Positions 11,498 through 21,046 are shown, counted from the first letter of the stretch. The stretch is DNA of 64,000 bases from an uncultured bacterium (GCA_963725235.1 CAVRXN010000002.1:94964-158963), one strand, 5' to 3'. Notes: generated from the letters alone by a model not told the origin. A program made the numbers and translations.

Positions 11498-11618
11498 CGA
11501 GTTTGCAGTTCCTGCGTTATAATTAAGCGAAAGGTTCCATAGGTTCTGCGTGAGGCTGAACCGAAAAGAGCGTTTTCTCGTGGTTAGCGTTATGATCTCT
11601 TTTCGTGTATTCGTATGC

Positions 11619-11646
11619 CTCGCCCAGACCGGCGAGCTTTTTTATT
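11619..11646 (+). terminator. Rho-independent terminator (CTCGCC-CAGACC-GGCGAG + CTTTTTTATT)
   Basis: 6-bp GC stem followed by a T-run, ~120 nt after the regulator stop. Confidence 0.55.
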
Positions 11647-11858
11647 AAATTAACAGTTCCGCGCGGCGCGCGAACACAAGATAACGAACCCGCTTTCCTC
11701 ATTGCTTCGTGTGATGAACCCTCACTTCACCAGCGAAGAAATGGTGGAAGCGGTCCAGAAATAAATTGTTTTTACACCCAAGGTCGACGGCACTTGTATC
11801 CATAACGGGTATAAAGGTCGATAACTTAAATAAATTGTCGAAAAATAATTAATTAAAC

Positions 11859-14800
11859 ATGAGTATAGCTACAAAAAAATGGGCTTCGATAGCGCTCACG
11901 GTGTACCACAGTTTTGTGGGCAGCGGGAGTTGCTTCGTTGCCTCTCGCGAATGCACAGACGACGGCTGACCTTCAGGCTCAGATCGCGGCTTTGCTCGCG
12001 CAGATTCAACAGCTGCAGGCTCAATTGGGACCTACTTCGAGCACAACAACGTCAATGACTTCGTGCTATCCGTTTTCCAGCGACCTCACCGTTGGTTCAA
12101 CTGGCGCGGCAGTGACGGCGCTCCAGCAGATGCTGATTGCAAAAGGATACTTGACGGCGGTCTCCGCTCCGACCGGCTACTTTGGTGCTTTGACCCAGGC
12201 GGCGGTCGGCAAGTGGCAGGCGGCGAACGGCATCTCGCCGACAGCTGGTTATTTCGGTCCTAAGATCACGGGCGTTCTACGCATTCGACATGCGTAGGTA
12301 CGACGGCACGACGACACGGTACGACTGGCACGGCGGCGGTACAGTCGACGGCTCCGGCAACGGGTCTCTCGGTCAGCTTGGCTTCCGATAACCCGGCAGC
12401 TGGTTCGCTCATCACGAGCGCTTCGGTGGCAACGGTGCGGCTCGCGTTCCGGTTTTGGCGGTGAATTTCACTGCTGGAAACTCGGGCGCGGTCACGGTCA
12501 CGGGAGTTAACTTCCAGAAGACCGGCGTCTTGTCTGACAGTTCAGTTTCTGGCGCATACTTGATCCAGAATGGCCAGGTTATCGCCCAATACAATTCGAT
12601 CAGCAATGGCGTGATCAGTTTCTCCGGTTTGAATCTTTCAGATTCCGGCAGGCCAGACCGAGACGTACCAGCTCGCGATCGACGTTGCTGGCGGTCTCTC
12701 GGCGGGTAACACGACGGGCTTTTCTTTGAACAGCGCGTCTGATGTCACCGCATGGGATGCCAACAACAATGCGATAACGCCGACCGGCGCCTTCCCGTTG
12801 ACGGTAATACGTTCACGGTAACGTCCGTCAGCAATCCGTCGCTCGCTACCTCTCGGTCACTTCTTCCTCAATCGGAACGACGGTGACGGCGGGAACGCAG
12901 GGCAACATCGTCGGCGCATTCAACTTCTACGGTTCAGAACAAGCCGTTGTGGTTGAATGGCATCGAACTTCCACGTTATCGGTTCGGCTAATATGACGAA
13001 CCTCCAGAACGTGAAACTCTTGATCAATGGCACGCAGGTTGGCGCGACACTTGCCGTCGGTTGGTCAGAACAACATTGCTTACTTCAACCTGACGTCCGC
13101 TCCGGCGAAATTGAACACGGGTTCGAACAACGTCCAGATCTTAGCGGATGTCACGGGTTCGCCGTCATTCAACTTCCAGTTGGAAATCTTGAACGGCTAT
13201 GATGTCCTTGCGGTTGACAGCCAGTACAACGTTCCGGTCTCCGTATCGATTGACGGCGGCGGTTGATGCGCAGGTGACGATCCAGGCAGGTCAGACGACG
13301 ACTTCGCAGGATACTTCGACCCCGACTGGCAACATTGCCAAGGGTGTGTCGCAGGTTACTCTCGCGAAGTTTGACGTCTATGCGTCCGGCGAGCCGACCA
13401 AGGTCAAGTTCCTTGACTTCGACGTTGGTCTTCACGGGCGTGACGACCTCGACTCCGAACATGTTGCCATCGCCAACTTGGTGAAGAACGTCAACATCAC
13501 GGATGATTCCGGTCAGCAGGTTGGCACGACGATTAATACTCCTCCGTCCGGCAATTCGTGCGCCCAGATGGCGTCAGGTTCCGGTTACACCGGCGCTGCG
13601 AACGGCTCCTACGAACGGAACGATTACGTTCGGTAGCGGTAACCTATGTTGACTGTTTCGGTACTCCGCGTTCACCGATCAACTATGTCATCCCGGCGAA
13701 CACGACTCGCGTCTTGTCGCTCAAGGCTGACATCCAGTCGACGGCGAGCTTCCAGACGGTGACGGCGAACTTGCTCTCTGAATCCGGCCAGAACAACTTG
13801 CAGGGCCAGATTTCGAGCCAGTCAGACAGTTCATCCGGTGCAAACGGCAGCGCTCTCACGCTTTCGAACTCTAGTTTGACGGCGGCGCAGAACACGGCCT
13901 TGGCACCCAGAGCTTGTCGAAGGGTTCGAGCGAACCAGGAAATTGGTTCGTACGCTCTTACGGCGGCTTCGGCTGAAGGCGTGAACGTCAATACGGTCAC
14001 CGTCACGGTGAACGGCACTCGCTTGCGAGCTACCTCCAGAACTTGAAGTTGATCGTGAATGGTGCGCAGTTCGGTACAACCCAGCCGACAGTTATCGCTG
14101 GTGCGTACACGTTCTCGGGTTCTCCGTTCAACATTCCGGCAGGGTTCGACGGTTAACGTGAACATCTTATGCTGACATCAACTCGTCGGCTATCGCGACC
14201 ACGACAACCGGCGGTTTGACCTCGCTCACGGGTCTTAGCGGTTCGGGTGCGATTTCGAACGCTCGATTTCGCTTTCCCCGGGTCCAGCGTTCAGGGCCAG
14301 AACTTGACGATTTCCGGTGGTTCGTCTATCACGGTTACGGCCAACCAGGGTTCCAATCCTTCAGTTGGCCAGCTCTCGATGGGAACGACTGGCAATACGC
14401 TTGCTGCCTTCAACTTCCAGGAAACGGCGAACATAGAGAACATCAAGGTTACCAGCTTAATGTTGTTGACTTGTTGACGACCTCGACCTTCGGTCAGGCG
14501 ACCAACACGGCGAACGTTTTGCCTTCGTTCAACACCTTACGTTGTGGAACGGTGCGACTCAGGTCGGCGGTCAGGCCAACTATGTTGGTACAACGACAGT
14601 CAATGGCGCAGCGCCTTCCTCTACCAGTTCCAGTTCGGCAATTCGAGTCAACGTTCATTATTCCTGCGCAACGGCACGCTCTCGCGTTACCTTGAAAGGT
14701 AATGCGAATGCGTACACGGCGGGCAATACGACGGACGGTTCGATCCATACGTTCGAGGTTGCGACTTCGACGAACGTCGGTAGCGTGACCAACAACGTCG

Positions 14801-15440
14801 TACAGTTCGACGGTCGTTGCGTTGGGTCAGACATCCAACCAGCCGGCGACAGTCACTGTCTCGAGCGCCGCTGGTACTCGCAGACGATCTTGCGTAACGG
14901 CTTGGTCTTCTCGGCTGCTGCAGCTCGGCGCGAACATCGAACCGATCGAAGAGCATCGGCGACCAGCTCGCAACCTTGACCTTCACGCCGGGTAAACGGC
15001 GGATCGCTCGCGGTTAAACACGGTGACCATCAAGTTCTCGGGAAACGCGCTCGCTTCGAGCACGACTGCGCAGATGACGGCATTTGCAACGAGCACGTAT
15101 CTCTTGTTGAACGGCACGCAGTACTGCCCGGCGAGTTCGACGAATCAGCGCGACAGGAGCGATAGTGACGTGGAACTTCCTACTCGAGCCAGGGTATCAG
15201 CGGCTTCCAGGTTAACGGTAGCCCGGTAACATTTACCTTGGTCGGCAACACCACCCAGACTTGAACGTTGCGGGTAGAACAATGCGTTCAGCTTGGCTGC
15301 TTCGATTGCTGCGAATACGTCCATCCAGTACACGGATGGTACGGATTCGAACATCACGACCGCAGCGGCATCGGCTTGCCGGCATCCGATCATCACTCCG
15401 CTCCAGATCTTCAACGACCAGTTCCAACAGAACCCTAGTT
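11859..15440 (+). CDS. Very large secreted/cell-surface repeat protein with an N-terminal peptidoglycan-binding (PG_binding_1-like) domain; heavily fragmented by frameshifts (>15 ORF pieces)
   Basis: Signal-peptide-like start (MSIATKKWASIALTV...). PG-binding motif GSTGAAVTALQQMLIAKGYL...GYFGALTQAAVGKWQAANGI. Long T/S/N/G/V-rich beta-like repeats with a recurring (A/S)FNF(Q/Y) motif at ~12915, ~13170 and ~14410. End coordinate approximate. Confidence 0.5.
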
Positions 15441-15494
15441 GCTGATCTAGTCGTAGTAGGCTCTGGCGGCTTGTGACTGCCGGATCCGAAACCA

Positions 15495-15522
15495 AAAGCC
15501 CGCCCTCAAGGCGGGTTTTTGG
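15495..15522 (+). terminator. Rho-independent terminator (GCCCGCCCTCAAGGCGGGT + TTTTT)
   Basis: GC stem plus a T-run after the giant surface-protein region. Confidence 0.6.
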
Positions 15523-15579
15523 TTGGGCGAAGATGAGGATCGTGCGATGCGGATCACGCCACGCGCCGAGCGGGAAATC

Positions 15580-15612
15580 TTTAGAAAGATTTAATGTCGG
15601 CGTGATATAGTT
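15580..15612 (+). promoter_or_regulatory. Conserved upstream motif TTTAGAAAGATTTAAT-TCG-N6-TATAGT (copy 2, ~95 nt upstream of abiEi)
   Basis: Same 16-mer as 2105..2120 followed by TCG and TATAGT. Confidence 0.35.
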
Positions 15613-15706
15613 ATGAGCAGACAAGGGATTCTCGTCGATAGGGAGCGATTGACGTAGCGGCGTCTCTGGTTTACACTGAAATAGTCGATTTCATTTTCTT
15701 AACAAT

Positions 15707-16336
15707 ATGGTTAAAAAACTGAAACGTGTAGAAGTCGAAGAAAAGCTCAAATCAGCAGGGCTGGCGGTTTTTACGCCTCGCGAATTTAAGGGTATTTTTA
15801 AGGTAGCGCCCGGGGCAGCTGCGGTATTCCTGTCTCATAACGTTGGCAAAGGCGGGATATTTATAAAGATTCGCAATGGATTTTACAAAATAAAAGATGC
15901 CCATACCTCGCGCTATCTGATAGCCAATAAGCTTTACGAACCTTCGTACATTTCTCTTTCGACGGCACTATCGCATTACGGCATCATCCCGGAAGTGGTA
16001 TATGCTACGACCTCCGTTACGGCCAAGTTATCACGGGAGTTTGAAACGCCGATAGGGAATTTTATCTATCAGCGGATCAAGCAGGCGGCATTCACTGGTT
16101 ATGGCTTACGGGCCATCGATCGCGAGAACGTCCTGATCGCTGAGCCGGAAAAAGCGCTTGCAGACTATCTTTATTTCGTCGACTTAAAGAAAGTGTCTTT
16201 GAATGATCGGCTTGAACTAAAAAATATAAAGAAATCTGTTTTACTTGGGTTCGTAAAGTTATTCGAAAGGCCAAGCATGATAAAGCTTATTGATCAAATT
16301 TATGTTGAATATAAAAAACCTCGAAAAATTTACTGA
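15707..16336 (+). CDS. abiEi: Type IV toxin-antitoxin system antitoxin AbiEi
   Basis: 209 aa; wHTH N-terminus plus an AbiEi_4-like C-terminus; the downstream toxin gene overlaps it by 47 nt. Confidence 0.7.
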   Translation: MVKKLKRVEVEEKLKSAGLAVFTPREFKGIFKVAPGAAAVFLSHNVGKGGIFIKIRNGFYKIKDAHTSRYLIANKLYEPSYISLSTALSHYGIIPEVVYATTSVTAKLSREFETPIGNFIYQRIKQAAFTGYGLRAIDRENVLIAEPEKALADYLYFVDLKKVSLNDRLELKNIKKSVLLGFVKLFERPSMIKLIDQIYVEYKKPRKIY

Positions 16337-17036
16337 TCGGTCGCAGACAACCCTGCAGAATGTTGTCAGGGAATATTGCCAGCATTTGTTTTTATCATAT
16401 CTCTATAAACAGCCTGGATCAGAACGCTTGCTGTTTAAGGGCGGTACTGCGCTTAGGATTATTTTTGAAAGTCCGCGTTTTTCGGAAGACCTCGATTTTA
16501 CGGGAATAAATATTCGCACCGCAGAGATCGAAAATATTTTTGGTGATGTGCTGGCGGCCATCGAGCATACGGGTGTCCGCGTTGACCTCCAGGAGGGAAA
16601 ACCAACTACGGGTGGCTATTTAGGTATCGCGACATTTCATACATACGGGAAAGCGACTCCTATCCAGATTGAGATATCGCTTCGGAATGGTAAACGAGTT
16701 GAAGGCGTACAATCGTTGATTGAAAATGAATATATTCCGGAATATACACTTATTCATTTACCGGAAGAAGATATCGTCAAGGGGAAAATCGAGGCGCTTA
16801 TCGCCCGCCACAAGCCACGCGATTTTTACGATTATTGGTTTCTTTTGCATGGAAATTATCCTCTTGCGAAAGAAAAGAAGAATTTGGAGGCGGTATCAGC
16901 GCTGTTGCGAAGTTCCAAAGTGAATTTCCGCGCCGAGCTCCGCGAGTTCCTGCCGGCAAGCCAGGCGCGGCTTTTGGGGGATTTTAAGAAAGTGCTCGAG
17001 GCAAAAATTGCAGATTTTTTGGGGAAGCGAATCTAG
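16290..17036 (+). CDS. abiEii: Nucleotidyltransferase toxin AbiEii/AbiGii (DUF1814)
   Basis: LFKGGTALRIIFESPRFSEDLDF (GSx10DxD NTase motif), 248 aa. Confidence 0.8.
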   Translation: MIKFMLNIKNLEKFTDRSQTTLQNVVREYCQHLFLSYLYKQPGSERLLFKGGTALRIIFESPRFSEDLDFTGINIRTAEIENIFGDVLAAIEHTGVRVDLQEGKPTTGGYLGIATFHTYGKATPIQIEISLRNGKRVEGVQSLIENEYIPEYTLIHLPEEDIVKGKIEALIARHKPRDFYDYWFLLHGNYPLAKEKKNLEAVSALLRSSKVNFRAELREFLPASQARLLGDFKKVLEAKIADFLGKRI

Positions 17037-17132
17037 CGATTTGACCCCATTGTTGCAAAAGCCCTGTATTTGCTATACTTATTAAAGGAAAATTAAAGGT
17101 CGGAAATCCACGCATTTATAGAAATTTATATC

Positions 17133-17408
17133 ATGAACAAAAAAGGATTGATCGAAGCGGTCATGAAGGCCGCTGATATCGAGACAAAAGCTGCGGCGGA
17201 GCGGGCGGTTGATGCCGTTTTCGAAACCATCGTGAAAACGTTGGGCCACGGCGAAGAGGTCGCGATCACGGGATTCGGCACCTTCCGTGTTGCAAAGCGT
17301 GCTGCACGCGAGGGACGAAACCCGAAGACGGGCGAGAAGATCCAGATCAAGGCGTCCATCAAGCCGAAATTCCGCGCAGGAAAGCTCCTCAAGGAAGCAG
17401 TTCTCTAG
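17133..17408 (+). CDS. hup: DNA-binding protein HU
   Basis: MNKKGLIEAVMKAADIETKAAAERAVDAVFETIVKTL...ITGFGTFRVAKRAAREGRNPKTGEKIQIKASIKPKFRAGKLLKEAV. Confidence 0.95.
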   Translation: MNKKGLIEAVMKAADIETKAAAERAVDAVFETIVKTLGHGEEVAITGFGTFRVAKRAAREGRNPKTGEKIQIKASIKPKFRAGKLLKEAVL

Positions 17409-17414
17409 ATATTA

Positions 17415-17487
17415 GCCAGCAGAATATATAACAAAAAAACCGAGAAGCGGTAAGAACCGACTCGGTTTTTTGTTATATATTCTGCTG
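17415..17487. terminator. Long imperfect palindrome / bidirectional Rho-independent terminator between hup (+) and the minus-strand operon
   Basis: GCCAGCAGAATATATAACAAAAAAACCGAG...CTCGGTTTTTTGTTATATATTCTGCTGGC; ~30-nt arms. Confidence 0.65.
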
Positions 17488-17512
17488 GCACCCTACCTAC
17501 AGAACTGCTTCC

Positions 17513-18319
17513 TTATTGAGAGGTGGGTAAGAGTGCCTGGATCGAGGTGTTGAGGTCCGAGAACTTCTGATACGTATCCGCAAGCGATTGCAGCGACTGC
17601 TGGATCGAAGCGAGTGACTGGTCGGGGGACTGGAACTGCGCGAGCGAAGTTTCAGCGGCGGCATTTTCGCTTTGTGCATCCTCGAGCGATGAACGTGCAG
17701 CGTTCAACTGGCCTTGCAAATCATTATTCGCCGCAGCGGACTCGATGAAGTTGACGACCTGTGTCGTCTGCGTCAGCCGCGTCTCGGCCGTGTTGAAAAG
17801 CCCTTGGTTCTGCGACCACAGGATCAGGTTGTTGATCTGGCCGGTCAGCGGGTCGTAGTTCGCCGTGCGCCAGGCAACGATCTCTTGCGCAATCGCCTCG
17901 GTCGCACTGATGCCCGCGCCATTAAGCTTCGCGGACTCCAGGTTATAAAAATTAACGGCATCATCGAGCTTGCCAGAGAGCTGGCTCTGGATCGCAGCGC
18001 TCTCGCTGTCAGGCATCGAAACCGCATTGAGCGTCGTCTGGAGCGACTGCGCATCGCTTACGGCGCAAGCGATCGTCTGGCCGAGCAGCTGCTTCCGGAT
18101 CGTGAGTTCGTCGGCAACGCTTTGCGCGGCCTGGAGCTGCGCGAAGCCGGCCGCGGAAAGCGTGCAGTCAGGCGCGCCAGTCGTCGTCGCAGCCTTCGCC
18201 GTGGCAATCGGCGCGGTCTGCGCCTGCGCCGCCGTTATGGCCTGGGCGTGAGCTAAACCGCCGGCGAGCGACAGCGTGGCAACTATGACCGTCAAAATGG
18301 CCGAAGGTATTTTCTTCAT
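17513..18319 (-). CDS. Secreted alpha-helical protein (signal peptide, Q/A/S-rich), last gene of the ECF sigma operon
   Basis: MKKIPSAILTVIVATLSLAGGLAHAQA signal peptide; no catalytic motifs. Confidence 0.5.
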   Translation of the reverse strand: MKKIPSAILTVIVATLSLAGGLAHAQAITAAQAQTAPIATAKAATTTGAPDCTLSAAGFAQLQAAQSVADELTIRKQLLGQTIACAVSDAQSLQTTLNAVSMPDSESAAIQSQLSGKLDDAVNFYNLESAKLNGAGISATEAIAQEIVAWRTANYDPLTGQINNLILWSQNQGLFNTAETRLTQTTQVVNFIESAAANNDLQGQLNAARSSLEDAQSENAAAETSLAQFQSPDQSLASIQQSLQSLADTYQKFSDLNTSIQALLPTSQ

Positions 18320-18329
18320 GATAATTTAA

Positions 18330-18851
18330 TTATTGCGAAAGCTCCTGGAGCGCTTGATCGATAGAGATCGTGGTCGAGGCGGCGCCTGTAGAGCTTGAAC
18401 TTGCGCCACCGGCTGCGGCGGTCGAAGATGATGCAGTAGCCGCTTTCATCGCAGCAGCAAGCGCCGCCGGTTGCTTGGAGGCGATGGCCGCGGTTGTCTG
18501 CGGTGTCGATTCAGACGTCGACGTCGTTTCCGTATACGCGATCTGCGCAAGCTGGATCTGCATATCGACTGCCTGTGCCTCGGCTTTCAAAGTCGTCGGG
18601 TTAATAACAGAAAGCTGAACCGGCGCGACGGATGATTGGCCGGGGAATTTACCGATAATGATAAGTATGAAAAATACGGTCAACGCGACCGCAAAGCCGG
18701 TTTCGAAAATAGCGGCAAACATCCGGCCCACGCCAAAAGCCGGTCGCGGTTCGAGCGGCGTCTGCGCCAAAATCGCCCGCTTGGATATCGTCGAGCGTGT
18801 AGCATCGGGCGTAATCTTTTTAAATTGTTTTAATGTTTCAAATAATTCCAT
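18330..18851 (-). CDS. Putative anti-sigma factor (single-pass membrane protein) cognate to the upstream ECF sigma
   Basis: Cytoplasmic N-terminus, one TM helix (MFAAIFETGFAVALTVFFILIIIG), low-complexity S/T/A-rich periplasmic tail; 2-nt gap to the sigma gene. Confidence 0.5.
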   Translation of the reverse strand: MELFETLKQFKKITPDATRSTISKRAILAQTPLEPRPAFGVGRMFAAIFETGFAVALTVFFILIIIGKFPGQSSVAPVQLSVINPTTLKAEAQAVDMQIQLAQIAYTETTSTSESTPQTTAAIASKQPAALAAAMKAATASSSTAAAGGASSSSTGAASTTISIDQALQELSQ

Positions 18852-18853
18852 GT

Positions 18854-19384
18854 CTATTTCCCATCAATAATCTTTTTTAACTCTTTGATAGCGCGATGTT
18901 GCATTAATTTCACGGCGCCCTCCGTCTTCTTCATCGCAACCGCCGTTTCTTTTAGCGGCAGGTCTTCGATAAAGCGGAGAATGATAACATCCTGATAATC
19001 GGGCTTCAGCTTGCCCATCGCGCGCCGAACCGCTTCCATGTCGAGCTTCATCGGTATCGAGAACTCGGCGCTCGCAGGAGCAACGAAATACTCGGGATCG
19101 ATCGCGTCGAGCGGCGTATCATTCTTTTTCGCGCGGTAATAATCGATAACCTGATTGCGCGCGATCTGATAGAGCCAGCTCGAGAACGGATGTCCGCGAT
19201 GCTGATAGCTTCGAATATTCAACCATGCCGACAGGAATACCTGATGGGTAATATCCTCGGCCTCCTCACGGCGAGACACCTTCACCACTACGAACCGATA
19301 GATCATCGGCTGATAGTGGTCATAGAGCTCACCAAAAGCCGAGGAGTTACCCCGGACGGCGGCACTTGATGATTTTTTCCTCAC
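18854..19384 (-). CDS. ECF (sigma-70 family group IV) RNA polymerase sigma factor
   Basis: Region 2 (ELYDHYQPMIYRFVVVKV...DITHQVFLSAWLNIRSY...FSSWLYQIARNQVIDYYR) and region 4 (DYQDVIILRFIEDLPLKETAVAMKKTEGAVKLMQHRAIKELK). Confidence 0.85.
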   Translation of the reverse strand: MRKKSSSAAVRGNSSAFGELYDHYQPMIYRFVVVKVSRREEAEDITHQVFLSAWLNIRSYQHRGHPFSSWLYQIARNQVIDYYRAKKNDTPLDAIDPEYFVAPASAEFSIPMKLDMEAVRRAMGKLKPDYQDVIILRFIEDLPLKETAVAMKKTEGAVKLMQHRAIKELKKIIDGK

Positions 19385-19456
19385 CGTCTAACATATGAAA
19401 CGTAATTTTGGAGCGTTGGTTACTGTTTTTATTGCCCTGCAGGCGGCCTTTTCCAG

Positions 19457-19485
19457 CAAAAATGCCCTCACCAAAGGGCATTTTC
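19457..19485. terminator. Hairpin terminator (ATGCCCT-CACCAA-AGGGCAT) with A/T runs on both sides, downstream of the FN3 gene
   Basis: Seen in the 19385-19507 intergenic region. Confidence 0.5.
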
Positions 19486-19507
19486 ATATAGCAATCATAC
19501 CACCTTT

Positions 19508-21046
19508 TTAGAGCGAATTCAATACCGAGCGCGTATGTGGGCCGACGCTGCCCCAGCCCGTGGTCGCCGGGCCGCCGGAGCAGACAATATTTTGGGCGCA
19601 CTGGAACTGGCGGACGGCCGCCTGCGTGAGCGAGCCATAGAAGCCGGTGTTGTAGCTTGAACCCAAATCGTTTTGCGAAATGAAGAAGTTCTGGAGGGCG
19701 AGGACGGCAGCGCCACGGGCGCCGTAGGATAAGTTCGTCGTGAAATCGAAGCCAGGATTAGTGGGAGTAGTTGTCGGCGCCGGCGTTTGGGTTGGCGTTG
19801 TCGAAGTCGGTGTCGCAGGAGGAGTCGGAGTAGCTGGCGGCAGGACGACCGGCGTCGCAGGAGCCGTCGCAGGTGTCGTCACGACCGCATAGTCTGGCCC
19901 GGAAATATTATCAGCTGCATCATACGCCGTGACGTCATAAATATAATACGTTCCACTCGCGAGACCCGAATCTTCATAGGTCGTCGTCGCCGTGACCGAA
20001 GCAAGCTCCGACCCGCCGCGATAAATATAATAGCCAGCAACGCCAACATTATCGGTCGAAGGATGCCATTCCAGTACGACATCGATCGGATCGATTGCGG
20101 TCGCGGTTAAATAGGTCGGAGCAGTCGGTGGAGTAATATCCGGAGATAGCGTCATGGCGCTCGCAGGAGCGCTCTCTGCCGAAATATTGCCAACCTCATC
20201 ATATGCAGAAACATTAAAGGTATAGTTCGTCTGCGCGGATAACCCAGTCGCCTGGTACGCCGTCGTGGTCCCGACGAGGGTCGCGACGACAGAACCGTTT
20301 TCATAAATGTTATAACCACCCAATTGTATATTGTCGTTTGATGGCTGCCACGAAAGATCGATTTCGTTTGATGAAATAATCGTTGCTTTCAATTGCGTCG
20401 GGACGCTCGGTGGGGTGATGTCATAAATCGTCGTCGCCTGGATGGCAGCAGCAGCCGAAACATTGCGCGAAGCATCGTAGGCAGTAACGCTATAGGTATA
20501 CGTCGCGCCCGGCGAAAGTCCGGAATCGATATAGCTCGTGCCGGTTATCGGATTGACCGTTTGGATGCGGACGCCATTGCGGGAAACATAGTAACCGATG
20601 ACGCCGACGTTATCGGTTGAGGCAGTCCAGGATAAGGTAACCGAGCTGGATGAGTCTGTCGCTGTCAGCCCGGTCGGCGCCGTTGGCGGGACGGTATCAC
20701 CGACGACCGTAACCGCTGCAGTTGGACTCGATTGGCCAGAAATATTCCCATTAACATCGTAAGCCGAGACCGTGTAGGAAAAAGCGCCGCCGCCCGGAGA
20801 GTCGGTGTAATAGGTATAACCCGGGATGCTCGCGATGAACGCACCGTTGCGGTAGAGGTAGTAGCCATCGACGACCGAACTCGTGCTGTTCGAAGGGTTC
20901 CACGTGACGTAGATCTGCTGGGTCGAGAGTAGCGATGCGGTGATATCGGCAGGTATCGAGGGCGGAACGGTCGACTGGGCATGGGCGACGTGACCGACGA
21001 CAATCACTAAGGAGAAAAATCCTAACACAGCAAGAATATATTTCAT
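19508..21046 (-). CDS. Secreted cell-surface protein: signal peptide + 5 tandem fibronectin type-III-like repeats + P/T-rich linker + C-terminal peptidoglycan-binding domain
   Basis: Repeats of ~95 aa each carrying YY(L/V)YRNG...VSAYD.(N/A)GN(I/V)S. Linker ATAPATPVVLPPATPTPPATPTSTTPTQTPAPTTTPT. C-terminus GARGAAVLALQNFFISQNDLG...GFYGSLTQAAVRQFQ (PG_binding_1-like, the same domain type as at 11914..12297). Confidence 0.75.
   Translation of the reverse strand: MKYILAVLGFFSLVIVVGHVAHAQSTVPPSIPADITASLLSTQQIYVTWNPSNSTSSVVDGYYLYRNGAFIASIPGYTYYTDSPGGGAFSYTVSAYDVNGNISGQSSPTAAVTVVGDTVPPTAPTGLTATDSSSSVTLSWTASTDNVGVIGYYVSRNGVRIQTVNPITGTSYIDSGLSPGATYTYSVTAYDASRNVSAAAAIQATTIYDITPPSVPTQLKATIISSNEIDLSWQPSNDNIQLGGYNIYENGSVVATLVGTTTAYQATGLSAQTNYTFNVSAYDEVGNISAESAPASAMTLSPDITPPTAPTYLTATAIDPIDVVLEWHPSTDNVGVAGYYIYRGGSELASVTATTTYEDSGLASGTYYIYDVTAYDAADNISGPDYAVVTTPATAPATPVVLPPATPTPPATPTSTTPTQTPAPTTTPTNPGFDFTTNLSYGARGAAVLALQNFFISQNDLGSSYNTGFYGSLTQAAVRQFQCAQNIVCSGGPATTGWGSVGPHTRSVLNSL

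Noticed and set aside
11859-15440. Repetitive DNA that might be a CRISPR array
   Set aside because: The repeats are long, degenerate, protein-coding domain repeats (T/S/N/G-rich beta repeats). There are no short regular direct repeats with unique spacers and no cas genes anywhere in the window.
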